Assembly (NCBI RefSeq): GCF_046119375.1
Contig: NW_027362763.1
Location: forward strand, 240,684,001 to 240,748,000
DNA length: 64,000 nucleotides
Direction: 5' to 3'
From: Phyllobates terribilis
Lineage: Eukaryota
Shown here: positions 49,333 to 60,932 of the stretch, piece by piece
Position numbering within the stretch: the stretch's first letter is position 1
Layout of the letters: each line of letters starts with the position of its first letter
Made by a program: the position numbers and the translations under genes
The notes under the pieces: generated by a model
Seen by the model: only the letters and a program-made list of their open reading frames with translations
Told to the model about the DNA's origin: nothing
The model's database searches: none

Positions 49333-51726
49333 CTAAGAGGATCCTCCGGATCCCCTAGGCCCAGGCTTACCAGGAAACCTCCTGTGAAACGCTCTGACAA
49401 GTCTGGAAGCAGAAACATCATCCGCCCTCACCCATGAGTTATCCTCAGGTCCGAAACCCTTCGAAGCGACGAGATACTGCAAACTCCCTCTATACCGTCT
49501 AGAATTTAGGATGCGGGAAATTTCATATTCTTCGTCCTCCACCACCGGAGGAACATTGGCAGAGGCGTCACCATCAGACACATCAGCTTTTTTCAACAGA
49601 GAAACATGAAACACCGGGTTAATCTTCCAGGACGTAGGAACCTCCAACCTAACAGCAGATTGGTTAACTATCTGAAGCACCTTAAAGGGCCCTACGAACT
49701 TGGGACCCAATTTTTTAGAAGGAATCCTCAATCGCAGATTCTTAGAGGACAACCAAACCATGTCACCAACAGCAAACAAAACCTCTTGCCGTTTCCTATC
49801 AAAGTACCTCTTAGATTTTTTGTTAGCCTCCTGAAGATTACCACGCACATCCGTCCAAACTCTCTCCAAATCACCGGAAAAACTCTCCTCCTCAGGCACA
49901 GCCGAAACCAATTTTGAGAATGACCCAAAAGACGGATGTCTCCCAGAACAACAAAAAAAAGGCGAACACCCAGCAGAAGAGGATGTATGGTTGTTAAGAG
50001 CAAATTCAGCAAGTGGCAGAAACTCAGACCACCCCTCTTGATTGTCTGCCACAAAACAACGCAAGAACTGCTCAACATCCTGGTTCTTCCTTTCTGTCTG
50101 GCCATTAGACTCAGGATGATATCCAGATGAAAACGACAAATGAACTCCCAACCTGTCACAAAAGGCACGCCAAAAACGAGCCACGAACTGAGGTCCCCTA
50201 TCAGAAACAATGTCAGTAGGAGCACCATGCAGTCTGACAATTTCCTTGACAAAGGCCTTAGCGAGTGTCTTAGCGCAAGGCAGTTTGATGAAGGGAACCA
50301 AGTGACACATCTTGCTAAAACGGTCCACGACCACCCAGATGACCGTGAAACCTTCAGAGGGGGGAAGGTCAGTAATAAAGTCCATAGCCAGATGTGTCCA
50401 AGGTGCACTAGGAACCTCCAGAGGGCAAAGCAACCCCGCAGCAGGAGCATGCCAAGACTTGGATCTAGCCCACACAGTACATTGGCGCACCCACTTAATG
50501 ACTTCCTTCTGCCATCCAGGCCACCAAAAACTGCGACCCACAAGTCTCTTGGTCTCAGAAATTCCTGGATGACCTGCCAACCGAGACTCATGACATTCAA
50601 CAAACAAATCTCTCCTAAAGGTCCTAGGCACAAACAACCTCCCATGGGGAGTGTTAGATGGGGCACTCTCCTGAGCTTTAAGAATCTCATCCTCCAAAAC
50701 GGAGTCCAAAGCAGCAATCACAACACCTTCTTGTAAAATGCTCTCCTCTTCCTCCTCAACACCGACCATGGGAGAAAAGCTGCGAGACAAAGCATCCGCT
50801 TTAACATTCTTGGTACCCGGGATGTAAGTAACGGAAAAATTAAACCGCGAGAAAAAAAGTGCCCACCTAGCCTGACGGGCATTCAAGCGCTTGGCAGCAT
50901 CAAGATAGATCAGATTTTTATGATCAGTGAAAACCTGAATGGGAAATTCAGCACCTTCCAAGAGGTGACACCAGTGTTCAAATGCGAGTTTAATTGCCAG
51001 CAATTCCCGATTACCAATATCGTAATTAAGTTCAGTCTCAGAAAATTTTTTTGAAAAAAAGGCACAGGGATGTACTCCATCCTTGTTTTCCTGAGACAAC
51101 ACCGCACCGACCCCCACTGAAGAAGCATCAACCTCAACCAAAAATGGCTTAGTCACATCAGGCTGCATAAGGATGGGAGCAGAGGTGAACCTCTCCTTTA
51201 GAAACACAAAAGCTTCAATGGCCTCAGAAGTCCACTGAACCGCATTAGCACCTTTCCTGGTGAGATCGGTCAGCGGTTTGACAATAATAGAAATTTTTTT
51301 TATGAATTTTCTGTAATAATTGGCGAAACCCAAAAACCTCTGTATCGATTTCAAACCAATAGGTCTAGGCCATTCCTGCACAGCTTGAACTTTAACCGGG
51401 TCCATCTCAAAACCTTCACTGGAGATAATGTAGCCCAAAAAACTAATTCTCTGTACAGCGAACTCACATTTCTCCAGCTTAGCAAAAAGCGAATTGTCCA
51501 TTAATAACTGTAATACCTCACGTACGCTCCTCCAATGAGACTCCAGATCAGGCGAATAAATCAGAATGTCATCCAAATACACAACCACATTTTTGCCGAT
51601 TAAAGGTCTAAGGATGTCATTAATAAGATTCTGAAAAAAATGCTGGAGCATTGGTAAGACCAAAAGGCATAACCAGATTCTCAAAATGACCCACAGGAGT
51701 GTTAAAAGCAGTCTTCCATTCATCAC
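49333..51726 (-). CDS. pol: Pol remainder: RT, RNase H, integrase, chromodomain
   Basis: VYLDDILIYS; VEVDASSVGVGAVL; integrase core HLAMDFIT...SDRGPQF...NGQTERKNQ; chromodomain EYEISRILNSRR...NSWV. Disconnected from the upstream frame by one indel. Confidence 0.9.
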   Translation of the reverse strand: MMNGRLLLTLLWVILRIWLCLLVLPMLQHFFQNLINDILRPLIGKNVVVYLDDILIYSPDLESHWRSVREVLQLLMDNSLFAKLEKCEFAVQRISFLGYIISSEGFEMDPVKVQAVQEWPRPIGLKSIQRFLGFANYYRKFIKKISIIVKPLTDLTRKGANAVQWTSEAIEAFVFLKERFTSAPILMQPDVTKPFLVEVDASSVGVGAVLSQENKDGVHPCAFFSKKFSETELNYDIGNRELLAIKLAFEHWCHLLEGAEFPIQVFTDHKNLIYLDAAKRLNARQARWALFFSRFNFSVTYIPGTKNVKADALSRSFSPMVGVEEEEESILQEGVVIAALDSVLEDEILKAQESAPSNTPHGRLFVPRTFRRDLFVECHESRLAGHPGISETKRLVGRSFWWPGWQKEVIKWVRQCTVWARSKSWHAPAAGLLCPLEVPSAPWTHLAMDFITDLPPSEGFTVIWVVVDRFSKMCHLVPFIKLPCAKTLAKAFVKEIVRLHGAPTDIVSDRGPQFVARFWRAFCDRLGVHLSFSSGYHPESNGQTERKNQDVEQFLRCFVADNQEGWSEFLPLAEFALNNHTSSSAGCSPFFCCSGRHPSFGSFSKLVSAVPEEESFSGDLERVWTDVRGNLQEANKKSKRYFDRKRQEVLFAVGDMVWLSSKNLRLRIPSKKLGPKFVGPFKVLQIVNQSAVRLEVPTSWKINPVFHVSLLKKADVSDGDASANVPPVVEDEEYEISRILNSRRYRGSLQYLVASKGFGPEDNSWVRADDVSASRLVRAFHRRFPGKPGPRGSGGSS

Positions 51727-53404
51727 CCTCCTTCATGCGCAACAAATTGTATGCCCCCCGGAGATCAATTTTAGAGAACCACTTGGCCCCCACTAACTGG
51801 TTAAATAAATCAGGAATCAATGGCAGTGGGTAAGGATTGCGTACAGTAATTTTATTAATCTCACGAAAGTCCAGACAAGGACGTAAACCACCATCTTTTT
51901 TTTTTACAAAAAAAAATCCAACAGCCACAGGAGACTTGGAAGGCCTAATGTGACCGGCGGCCAAGCTTGTATGTATGTATTCCTCCAAAGCCTTTCTCTC
52001 AGGAATAGTAAGATTAAATAAACGACTTTTAGGAAGAGTAGCTCCAGGGACAAATTCAATGGTACAATCATAGTCTCTATGGGGAGGCAAAATTTGTGAC
52101 TCCTCCTCAGAAAAAACTCTCCAAAAATCCTGAATAGGTACAGGCAATTCCCCTTTATCCACAGCAGCAATACGTCCGTTACAACACTTGTCATAACACT
52201 TAGGGCTCCAGGACTTAATTTCATTGATAGACCAATCCAGTACAGGATTGTGCAATTTTAACCAGGGTAACCCCAATATTACTGGAGAAGGCAAATTATC
52301 CAATACCACCAAATCCAAATTTTCTTGGTGAATACCATTGATAGTGAGGGGAAATTCACAGACCTTATGAGTAACACTCTTCAAGGGAGAGCCATCAACA
52401 GAAACCACAGCAATAGGGGATGACAAAGTTTTAGGTTCTAATCTAAGTTTTTCCAAGAATCCCCCATCAATCACATTCAGAGTAGAACCACAATCCACAA
52501 ATACCCGAAATTCAATTAATTCATCCTGAGCAGCAGTAGTGGCAGATAGGAATACTCCCTTAGAATTTAAACAGGCAATACGGGCATAACGGACCATTTT
52601 TTTTTCTTTCTTCAAACGAAGCACACAGTTCTTAATAAAATGACCAGAATTTCCGCAATAGAAGCACAAGCCTTCAGAAAGCCTGCAATCTTTTTCCTGA
52701 GAGCGGGGTGGCATCGCCCCAATCTCCATCGGCTCTCCATTGTCAGCACAGACCCTCTCAAGACTCGGAGCTGACATAGCAGAGGATTTGCTCTCATTAA
52801 CCCTTGCACGCAGTCTCCTGTCCACCCGTATAGCTAATTGCATAGCCTCCTGCAAGTTTCCAGGTGTGGGATAAGCAATCAGTAAATCCTTAACCCTTTC
52901 ACCTAGCCCTGCAAGAAACAAGCTTTTCAAAACTGAATCGTTCCACCCCACCTGGGCAGACCACCGACGGAAGTGAGAACAATATTTTTCCACATTACCT
53001 GATCCCTGCCTCAAACGTCTCAATTCAGACTCAGCAGATGAGACACGATCAGGATCATCATACAACAAACCCAAAGCAGAAAAAAAACTATCCACTGATC
53101 TAAAGCATGGATCACTAGGTTGGAGAGAGAAGGCCCATCCCTGAGGATCTTTGCGCAAAAGTGACATTATGAACCCTATGCGCTGTGATTCATCACCAGA
53201 GGATCCGGGTCTCAAACGAAAATACAATAAACAAGCATTTTTAAAAGAAAAAAAATCTTGTTGTTCGCCAAAAAATAAATCAGGCAGACGTACCTTTGGT
53301 TCCACAAAATGTGCTCCAGAACAGCTACTCACGTGTTGTTGGAGCTTGGCCACCTCCAGAGAGAGTCCCTGCAAGCTTTGAGCCAAATCTTGAACCGAGA
53401 CCAT
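51620..53404 (-). CDS. gag: Gag (CCHC knuckle), protease and RT N-terminus
   Basis: CFYCGNSGHFIKNC zinc knuckle; FVDCGS protease motif; RT start LRPCLDFREIN...FSKIDLRGAYN...FGLTNAPA. The frame ends just after a 7-nt homopolymer. Confidence 0.9.
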   Translation of the reverse strand: MVSVQDLAQSLQGLSLEVAKLQQHVSSCSGAHFVEPKVRLPDLFFGEQQDFFSFKNACLLYFRLRPGSSGDESQRIGFIMSLLRKDPQGWAFSLQPSDPCFRSVDSFFSALGLLYDDPDRVSSAESELRRLRQGSGNVEKYCSHFRRWSAQVGWNDSVLKSLFLAGLGERVKDLLIAYPTPGNLQEAMQLAIRVDRRLRARVNESKSSAMSAPSLERVCADNGEPMEIGAMPPRSQEKDCRLSEGLCFYCGNSGHFIKNCVLRLKKEKKMVRYARIACLNSKGVFLSATTAAQDELIEFRVFVDCGSTLNVIDGGFLEKLRLEPKTLSSPIAVVSVDGSPLKSVTHKVCEFPLTINGIHQENLDLVVLDNLPSPVILGLPWLKLHNPVLDWSINEIKSWSPKCYDKCCNGRIAAVDKGELPVPIQDFWRVFSEEESQILPPHRDYDCTIEFVPGATLPKSRLFNLTIPERKALEEYIHTSLAAGHIRPSKSPVAVGFFFVKKKDGGLRPCLDFREINKITVRNPYPLPLIPDLFNQLVGAKWFSKIDLRGAYNLLRMKEGDEWKTAFNTPVGHFENLVMPFGLTNAPAFFSESY

Positions 53405-54020
53405 GATGGAAAACTGGAGGTCTTTCCTTAGAGAAAATTTTTATTTTTTTTTTTCTTTTAGGGCTGGACTTACTGTTATGATCTGCTACAGGGACTAAGG
53501 AAAGACAGGAGAACTGTCCCTACAATAGAACTAAACTAGATCCCTACGATGTAACGGGGAACCTGATCCTGCGATCAGACCCGCTAAAGTCCTCGGCTAG
53601 TCTGAACGAAGACCTATAGATGTGAGGGAGGGATCCCTACAAGAACTAGGGACTGGGATAAGTTGGACACCTCCTAGCAGAAATAGTAGCAGTCAAAGAC
53701 AAACACACAACAAAAAGCATAGAGGTCAGAAGACCTAGCAAAACTAACAGAGAACGGCAACAGAGCACCAAGCTAGCTCAAGAGTAGTAAATACAATGAA
53801 GTCCAGCAAGACCAGGAGGGCAGAGCCGGATTAAATAGGCAAAAATGGTCATGTGAACAGCAAACTAAAAAAAACTAACAGGAGAGTTCTAACAATAATA
53901 TATGAGTCACTTTTTGTATTGAAGAACTGAAATAAATTAACTTTTTGATGATATTCTAATTTAGTGAGATGCACCTGTATACACACATAAAATGTACAGA
54001 AAAAAAGCCCAATAATTTAA

Positions 54021-54450
54021 AGGAAATCTGTCAGCAAGTTTTTGCTATGTAAGCTGCGAGCAGCATGAGGTAGAGGCAGAGAGCGTGATTCCAGTCATGT
54101 GTCACTTACTGGACAGCTTGGTGTAGTTTTGACAGAATCCCTGTTTTCTCTGTTGTAGATTTAGCAGTTGTGCTGAGCTGTATATAACCCCACCCACCCC
54201 ACCGATTTGCACCTTACTGTGTGCACTGTACATTGTTAGCAAGCTACCAACCACTTGTGGAGGCGGGGTTACACAGATTATCCTGACTGGCCTGCACATG
54301 AGACCTAGTCCTCTCCTGATGATAAAACACTGATTGTATTGAAACTATAACACACAGCCCAGTAAGTGGCACATCCCTAGAATCAGGCTGTCTCGCCCTA
54401 TAATATGCTGCTCTCAGATTAAATAGCGAAAACCTGCTGACAGATTCCCT
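54021..54450. mobile_element. TTAA-target MITE (uninterrupted relative of 33236-40209)
   Basis: TTAA-AGGAAATCTGTCAGCA ... TGCTGACAGATTCCCT-TTAA. Confidence 0.88.
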
Positions 54451-55084
54451 TTAAAATATGCAGCACTTTTCATATTATTAGACCAAGTGAAAAATGGGAC
54501 AGGGTTGACCTCAGTGGCGTGCCGCCAATGGCGCCAGGCCACGCGACTGCTATGGGGTCCGTGAGCTGGGGGGGCCCCATAGCAGTCGCCTGCACTGTGT
54601 ACCCCCGCATCGGGTTGCCCTACTGCACCCAGGCAAGTGGCGGGGCCCTGAGCAGGCGGGGGTTTACTTGCCGTTGGGCATCCCGGTGTGCTATGCCCCC
54701 CCCCCCTGCCTGCTCAGGGCCCCGGCCGGCACAATACTTACCTCTTCCCGTGCCCTAGACGCTAGAATGTATGGGCTCCTTCCAGGTATGATGTCATTTC
54801 CGGGGGCGTGTTCTAGTTCAGCACCAGACGCCAGAGTCTCATGCAGAGACAGAGCTGCCGGTGAAGCTGCAGGAGGAGGTCAGTATCCTAAGCTGAGAAA
54901 CAGGAGATTGTTCTATTAATTGCTTGTCTGATGTCTTTTCTTCTTGCTGTTTTTGGGGTGAGGGGGCTTGATACTTGGGAGTGAGGAATTTGGGGGGGTT
55001 AATGCTGGAGGGCAGTCTGGTGGGGTTAATTAATGCTTGTGGAGATCTTAGGGGGCTCTGGGGAATAATGCAGGGATAATGCGT

Positions 55085-55375
55085 GCTTGTACGGGCCCTA
55101 AGGGGATGCTGCGGGCTTGTGAGCGCTCTGGGGGGGGGGTGCTGCGGGCTTGTGGGGGCCCTAAGGGGGATTCTGCGGGCTTGTGGGGGCTCTGGGGGGG
55201 GATGCTGCGAGTTTGTGGGGCCCTGGGGGGGATGCTGCAGGCTTGTGGGTACTCTGGTGGGGATGCTGCGGGCTTGTGGGGCCCTGGGGGGGGGATGCTG
55301 TGGGCTTGCAGGGCCCTGGAGGGGATGCTGTGGGCTTGTGGGGGCCCTGGGGGGGATGCTGTGGGCTTGTGGGGG
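55085..55375. repeat. G-rich 31-33-bp minisatellite (GGGGATGCTGCGGGCTTGTGGGGCCCTG variants)
   Basis: About 9 tandem degenerate copies. Confidence 0.85.
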
Positions 55376-55701
55376 ATAGATATCACTCATGAAATGTAAG
55401 AAGTCAGTGAAATTTTTGGCATTGTACTATATCTATATCTATAATTTCTCTTTCTCTGCTGTATCTGTGCATCATAAATGGTTGGATGTGTTAAAGGGGC
55501 CACTGAGACTCTTTCGCCCAGGGCCCACAAAAAACCTGGAGGAGGGAGCATCATGTGACACTCCCTCTCCCATCATTTCTCCTCTGCGTCTGACGCGGCA
55601 GCATGATGACGCGCCACGCTGTGTCAGACAGTGGAGCTAGCAGCTGCTGAGGTGATGAGCTGCAGAGACAGAAGCAGCGGGGAATGAGGAGCGGTAAGTA
55701 T

Positions 55702-56007
55702 TAGTGATGAGCGAGTATGTTCTGTTAACCCTTTCGCCGAGTATGCTCGGGCCGAGCTCCGAGTATTTACAGCTGCTCAGTGATATGTTTGAATCGCTCC
55801 CGTGTGCATGATTTGCGACTGACAGTTTTAATACATGTGAGGAATGTGTAAGAAATAGACATTCCTGACATGTATTAAAACTGTCAAACAGTCATAAATC
55901 ATGCACACGGGAGCGATTCAAACATAACACCGAGCAGCTGTAACCACTCGGTGCTCGCCCGAGCATACTCGGCGAAAGGGTTAACAGAACACACTTGCTC
56001 ATCACTA
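55702..56007. mobile_element. hAT MITE, TAGTGATGAGCGAG family
   Basis: TIRs present; TSD GTAAGTAT (55694-55701 and 56008-56015). Confidence 0.92.
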
Positions 56008-56109
56008 GTAAGTATGTATTTATTTTTTAATCAGTGTGTACTGATAATACTGGAGGACTGGGGCTGCATTTTACCCTATGGGTGGGGGGTTGCATTTTAC
56101 CCTATGGGG

Positions 56110-56550
56110 GGCTGCATTATACTGTGTACAGGACCATGGGGTAATGCAATATACTGAGTGGAGGACCATGGCGAGTGTCTTATACTGTGGAGGACCATGG
56201 GGGAGTGCATTGTACTGTATGGAGGACCATGGGCGAGTGCATTGTTCTGTGTGGAGGACCATGTGGGAGTGCATTGTACTGTGTGGAGGACCACGGGGAG
56301 TGCATTGTACTGCGTGGAGAACCACGAGGGAGTGCATTATACTGCGTGGAGGACCACGAGGGAGTGCATTATACTGCGTGGAGGTCCACGAGGGAGTGCA
56401 TTATACTGCATGGAGGACCATGGGGAGTGTATTATACTGCGTGGAGGACCATAGTGAGTGCCTTATACTGTGTGGAGGACCATGGCGAGAGTCTTATACT
56501 GTGTGGAGGACCATGGCGAGTGCATTATACTCTATGGAGTGTGGAGAGGT
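56110..56550. repeat. 30-32-bp minisatellite (GCATTATACTGCGTGGAGGACCATGGGGAGT variants)
   Basis: About 14 tandem degenerate copies. Confidence 0.88.
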
Positions 56551-57357
56551 GTGGGGCAGTTGGGGGATCATACTGTGTTGGTGTCATCATACTTTGGAGT
56601 TGAGGTGGGGTACAGTAGGGTCATTATACTGTTCATGTGGAGGAATTCACCATGGGGGTATCATACCGTGTTTGGGGGACACTTTTGTTGGCACCACACT
56701 TTATGGGCAATGAAAAAGGGATCCAGAACTTCAGCAGGAGGAAAATTACTATGTAAAGGCTGGAAGGTTGTGAGATCTGCTCTTCTGTGACCCCCACAAT
56801 TATTTACATTTTTACATTTTTGGGGGGGGGGGGGGCAATTAGAACTTCTGCGATGGGGCCCCATGATTCCTATGTACGCCCCTGGTTGACCTACAACTAA
56901 TTGTAAAGATAATTGATGACATTATATAAAAACTGTTAGACAATGATAAAATGGAAAGAATGGAATATAAACCGATTTAATAAAGATAATCAATGAAACA
57001 ACCAAGATCATATGTTTTTCCTTCTGAAGAGGAGAGATGGTTATCATGGAGATAAGATGCAAAGGCTGGAGCACTGAAGTCAGAAGAGGGATTAATTCAT
57101 GAAGGAAAGGCTCAGAACTTTTGAGATTCCAACCCTCTAGTACAATATTTAATGCTATGAGCTCAACTGGTAAGGTGGATTCTCTAGGTTAGTCCAGCAT
57201 GGACTGGAGGCAATGGAGCAGTGGAGCGAAGGAGATGAATGCAGAGAGGACCAGGACAATGGGGTATGCAGTGCAGCAGACAGATATATGTAAGAATACA
57301 CAAGGGAACAGTAGATCTATAGGAAACCAATATCTTCCAACAGGGATAATACTAATC

Positions 57358-57629
57358 TTTTTATTTATTTAGTGCCAACATATTCCACAGAGCTTTACAA
57401 TTCAGACAATTTACAGACCTGACATTATTGGCACTGTCCCCATTGGGGCTCACAATCTACATTCCCTATCAGTATGTCTTTGAAGTGTGGGAGGAAACCA
57501 GAGAACCTGGAGGAAACCCACACAAACACAGTGAGAACATTCAAACTCCTGTTGTACTTGGTGAGATTTGAACCCAGGACCTCAGCACTGCAAGGCTGCA
57601 GTGCTAACCACTGAGCCACCGTGCCGCCC
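57358..57629 (-). mobile_element. tRNA-derived V-SINE-like SINE
   Basis: Minus strand shows A box TGGCTCAGTGG, B box GGTTCAAATC, V-domain-like GTGTGGGTTTCCTCC...GGTTTCCTCCCACA, and an A-rich tail. Confidence 0.85.
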
Positions 57630-58020
57630 TGGATGTAGTTAATCACAGCAATAACAAGTACAGTGAATATAAAAATTCTACATACCCTTGTTAGAATTCC
57701 ACGTTTTTGTTATGTAAAAAAATCATACCAAGAAGTATAGTTTCAGGACTTTTTTCACTTTTAATGACAACCATAATCTGTACAATTCAATTGAAAAATA
57801 AAATGTAGCAATTGTGAGGGGGAAAATAATACTAAAATAATGTGGTTCCAGAAGTGTGAACATAATTTGAGAAGTGGTTATGTTCAGAATTAGCCAATAA
57901 CATTTAAACTCATTTAAAGGGCTTATCATAGAATCATAGAATCATAGAATCATAGAATGGTAGAGTTGGAAGGGACCTCCTGGGTCATCTGGTCCAACCC
58001 CCTGCTCAAAGCAGGATTCA

Positions 58021-60810
58021 CTAGATCATCTCAGACAGATGTCTGTCCAGCCTCTGTTTGAAGACGTCCATTGAAGGGGAACTCACCACCTCTCGTGGCA
58101 GCCTGTTCCACTCATTAATCACCCTAACTGTCAAAAAGTTTTTTCTAATATCTAATCTGTGTCTCCTCCCATTTAGTTTCATCCCATTGCTTCTAGTCTT
58201 TCCTTGTGCAAATGAGAATAAAGATGATCCTTCTACAATGTGACAGCCCTTGATATATTTGTAGACAGCTATAAAGTCTCCTCTCAGTCTTCTTTTTTGC
58301 AAGCTAAACATTCCCAAATCCTGCAACCGTTCCTCATAGGACATGGTTTGCAGACCAGTCACCATTCTGGTCGTTCTTCTCTGAACTTGCTCCAGTTTGT
58401 CTATGTCTTTTTTAAAATGTGGTGCCCAAAACTGTACACAGTATTCCAGATGAGGTCTGACCAAAGAGGAGTAAAGACCGATAATGACTTCACGTGATCT
58501 AGACTGTATGCTTCTGTTAATACATCCCAGAATTGTATTTGCCTTTTTTGCTGCTGCATCACACTGTTAACTCATGTTCAGTCTATGATCTATTAGTATA
58601 CCTAAGTCTTTTTCACATGTACTGTTGCTTAGCTCTATTCCTTCCATTCTGTATATGCTTTTTACATTTTTATTGCCCAGATGTAGTACTTTGCATTTTT
58701 CCCTGTTAAAAACCATTCTGTTGGTTGCTGCCCACTGCTCCAGTTTATTTAGGTCTTTTTGAATCCTCTCTCTCTCTTCTCTAGTATTAGCTATCCCTCC
58801 TAGCTTTGTGTCATCAGCAAATTTAATCAGTTTACCCTCAATTCCTTCATCTAAATCATTGATAAAGATGTTGAACAATACAGGTCCCAGGACGGAGCCC
58901 TGTGGTACCCCACTTGAGACATTCATCCAGCTGGATGTGAAGCCATTTACAACCACCCTTTGAGTCCGATCACTAAGCCAGTTATGAATCCACCTAACAG
59001 TTGCCTGGTCCATTGCATACTTGGTCATTTTTTCAATAAGGATGATGTGAGATACTTTGTCAAATGCTTTGCTGAAGTCAAGATATACTATATCTACAGC
59101 ATTTCCCTGATCCACCCAGTCAGTGATTCTGTCATAGAAGGAAATTAAGTTAGTCTGACATGACTTGTTAGTTACAAACCCATGCTGACTCTGGTTAATC
59201 ACTTCATTCTTATCCATGTACTTACATACATGTTGTTTAATAATTTGTTCAAAGATCTTTCCTGGTATAGAAGTCAGACTCACCGGCCTATAGTTCCCTG
59301 GGTCCACCTTCTTCCCCTTTTTGAAGATAGGAACAACATTTGCTCTTCTCCAGTCTTCTGGGACTTCTCCTGTTCTCCAAGAATTTTCAAAGATTATGGA
59401 GAGTGGTTCTAAAATTTCTTCTACGATCTCCTTCAGTACTCTGGGGTGTAATTCATCTGGACCTGGAGACTTGAACTCATTTATGTTGGCTAAATATTCC
59501 CTCACAATCTTTCTGTTTACAGATAACCTGGATTCTTCTTTTCCTTTAATAGGACAGTGAAGATCAGTTGATGTTACATTTTCTTTCTGAGAGAAAACAG
59601 ATGCAAAATAGGAATTAAAAAGTTCGGCCTTCTCAACATCCTCTCTTACCATTTCTCCATTTTCATCCTGTAAAAATCCTATAGCATCTTTGACTTTTCT
59701 TTTACTTTTGACATACCCCCAAAATCCTTTTTTATTGCTTTTGACATCTCTTGCAAGCCTTAATTCATTGTCAGCTTTAGCTAACCTGATACGTGCCCTA
59801 CAGGATCTGCAGACTGCATTATAATCTTCTTTAGATATGCCTCCCTCTTTCCATTTAATAAACATTTCTTTCTTTCTTTTTAGCATGTGTTTAAGTTCTG
59901 TGTTCATCCATCCTGGTTTCCTTAAATGCTTCCCATTCTTCCTACTTTTCGGGATTGTTAACGATTGTGCTTTGAGAATCTCATTTTTAAAAATTTCCCA
60001 TCCTTCCTGGACATTTTTGTCCTTAAGGACATCCAGCCATTGGATCCCTCCTATTCTCTTTCTGAGTCTCTTAAAATCTGCCTTTCTAAAATCTAACCTT
60101 GAAGTTTGAGTCCTCACATGTCTTCCTCCTCTAGTTATCCAAAATTCTATAATAGCATGATCGCTGCCTCCTAGGGTCCCAGCCACCTTTACCTCCTCAA
60201 CCATTTCCTCCCTGTTTATAAGGATTAGATCCAAAGTAGCAGATCCCCTTGTTTTCTCCCCTACCTTTTGGAAGATAAAGTTGTCAGCAAGAGAGGATAA
60301 GAATTTGCTTGACCTGTTAGTTTTACTTGAGAGAGATTCCCAACAAATGTCTGGATAGTTGAAATCTCCCATGACCACTACGTCATATTTTTTGGAGAAC
60401 TTGGTCATTTGATACATAAAGAGTTCATCCATATCTTCAGCTTGCCCAGGTGGCCTGTAGTAAATGCCTACAATGGTGTCCTTTCCATTGTTCTCTCCTT
60501 GTATTCTTACCCAAACAGTTTCCACAGAACTCCCAGTCTCTGAAGCTTCAATCTCTGTGCAGATATACGCTTTTCTAACATACAATGCGACACCTCCTCC
60601 TCGTTTATCAAGTCTGTTTCTTGCAAATAAGTTGTATCCTTTTAGCCTTTTATTCCAATCATGTGTATCGTCCCACCAAGTTTCAGTGATTCCAATGACA
60701 TCATATTTCTTTTCCTGCATTAGTAGTTCCAATTCTCCTTGTTTGTTGCCCATGCTTTGTGCATTTGTATAAAAACATTTTAGTTTGTGATTGGTTTCTC
60801 TTCCTCCCAT
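58021..60810 (-). pseudogene. CR1 ORF2 (APE endonuclease plus RT) with one nonsense codon
   Basis: YTNAQS, GITETWW, MGDFNYPD and SDH endonuclease motifs; KFADD RT motif. TAA at 58567-58569 where the sister copy has CAA. Confidence 0.92.
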
Positions 60811-60932
60811 ATTTTTATTATTTAAATTGTTTTGTCTTTGTTCTTCTTTTCCACTTCCAGTAGCAGAGATCTCAATAGTATTTGTCAGCTGTATGGCTTT
60901 TTCTGGCCTTTTGCTTCCCTTCCCACATTGTT

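Larger units (their letters stand above)
48900..53894 (-). mobile_element. Chromodomain Ty3/Gypsy LTR retrotransposon (Tf1/sushi-like)
   Basis: LTRs at 48900-49319 and 53474-53894 (TG...CA, roughly 98% identical by eye); 5-bp TSD ATAAT; PPT GAAGAGGGGGG on the minus strand next to the 3' LTR. Confidence 0.96.
45405..53977 (+). mobile_element. Internally deleted Tc1 carrying CR1 and Gypsy insertions
   Basis: TA-CAGGTGCATCTCACTAAATTAGAATATC ... GATATTCTAATTTAGTGAGATGCACCTG-TA. The transposase frame ELKAAI|KATWASITPQQCHRL...KGAPTKY is rejoined across the CR1. Confidence 0.92.
54512..56884 (+). mobile_element. Composite non-autonomous hAT element
   Basis: Ends CAGTGGCGT / ACGCCCCTG; 8-bp TSD GTTGACCT (54504-54511 and 56885-56892). 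Contains two minisatellites and a MITE. Confidence 0.88.

Noticed and set aside
49606-52809. Antisense and alternate-frame ORFs over the Gypsy pol, including one of 329 aa
   Set aside because: Shadow frames of gag-pol with no domain motifs.
57560-57629. tRNA gene
   Set aside because: The A and B boxes belong to the head of a SINE; the V-SINE-like body follows directly.
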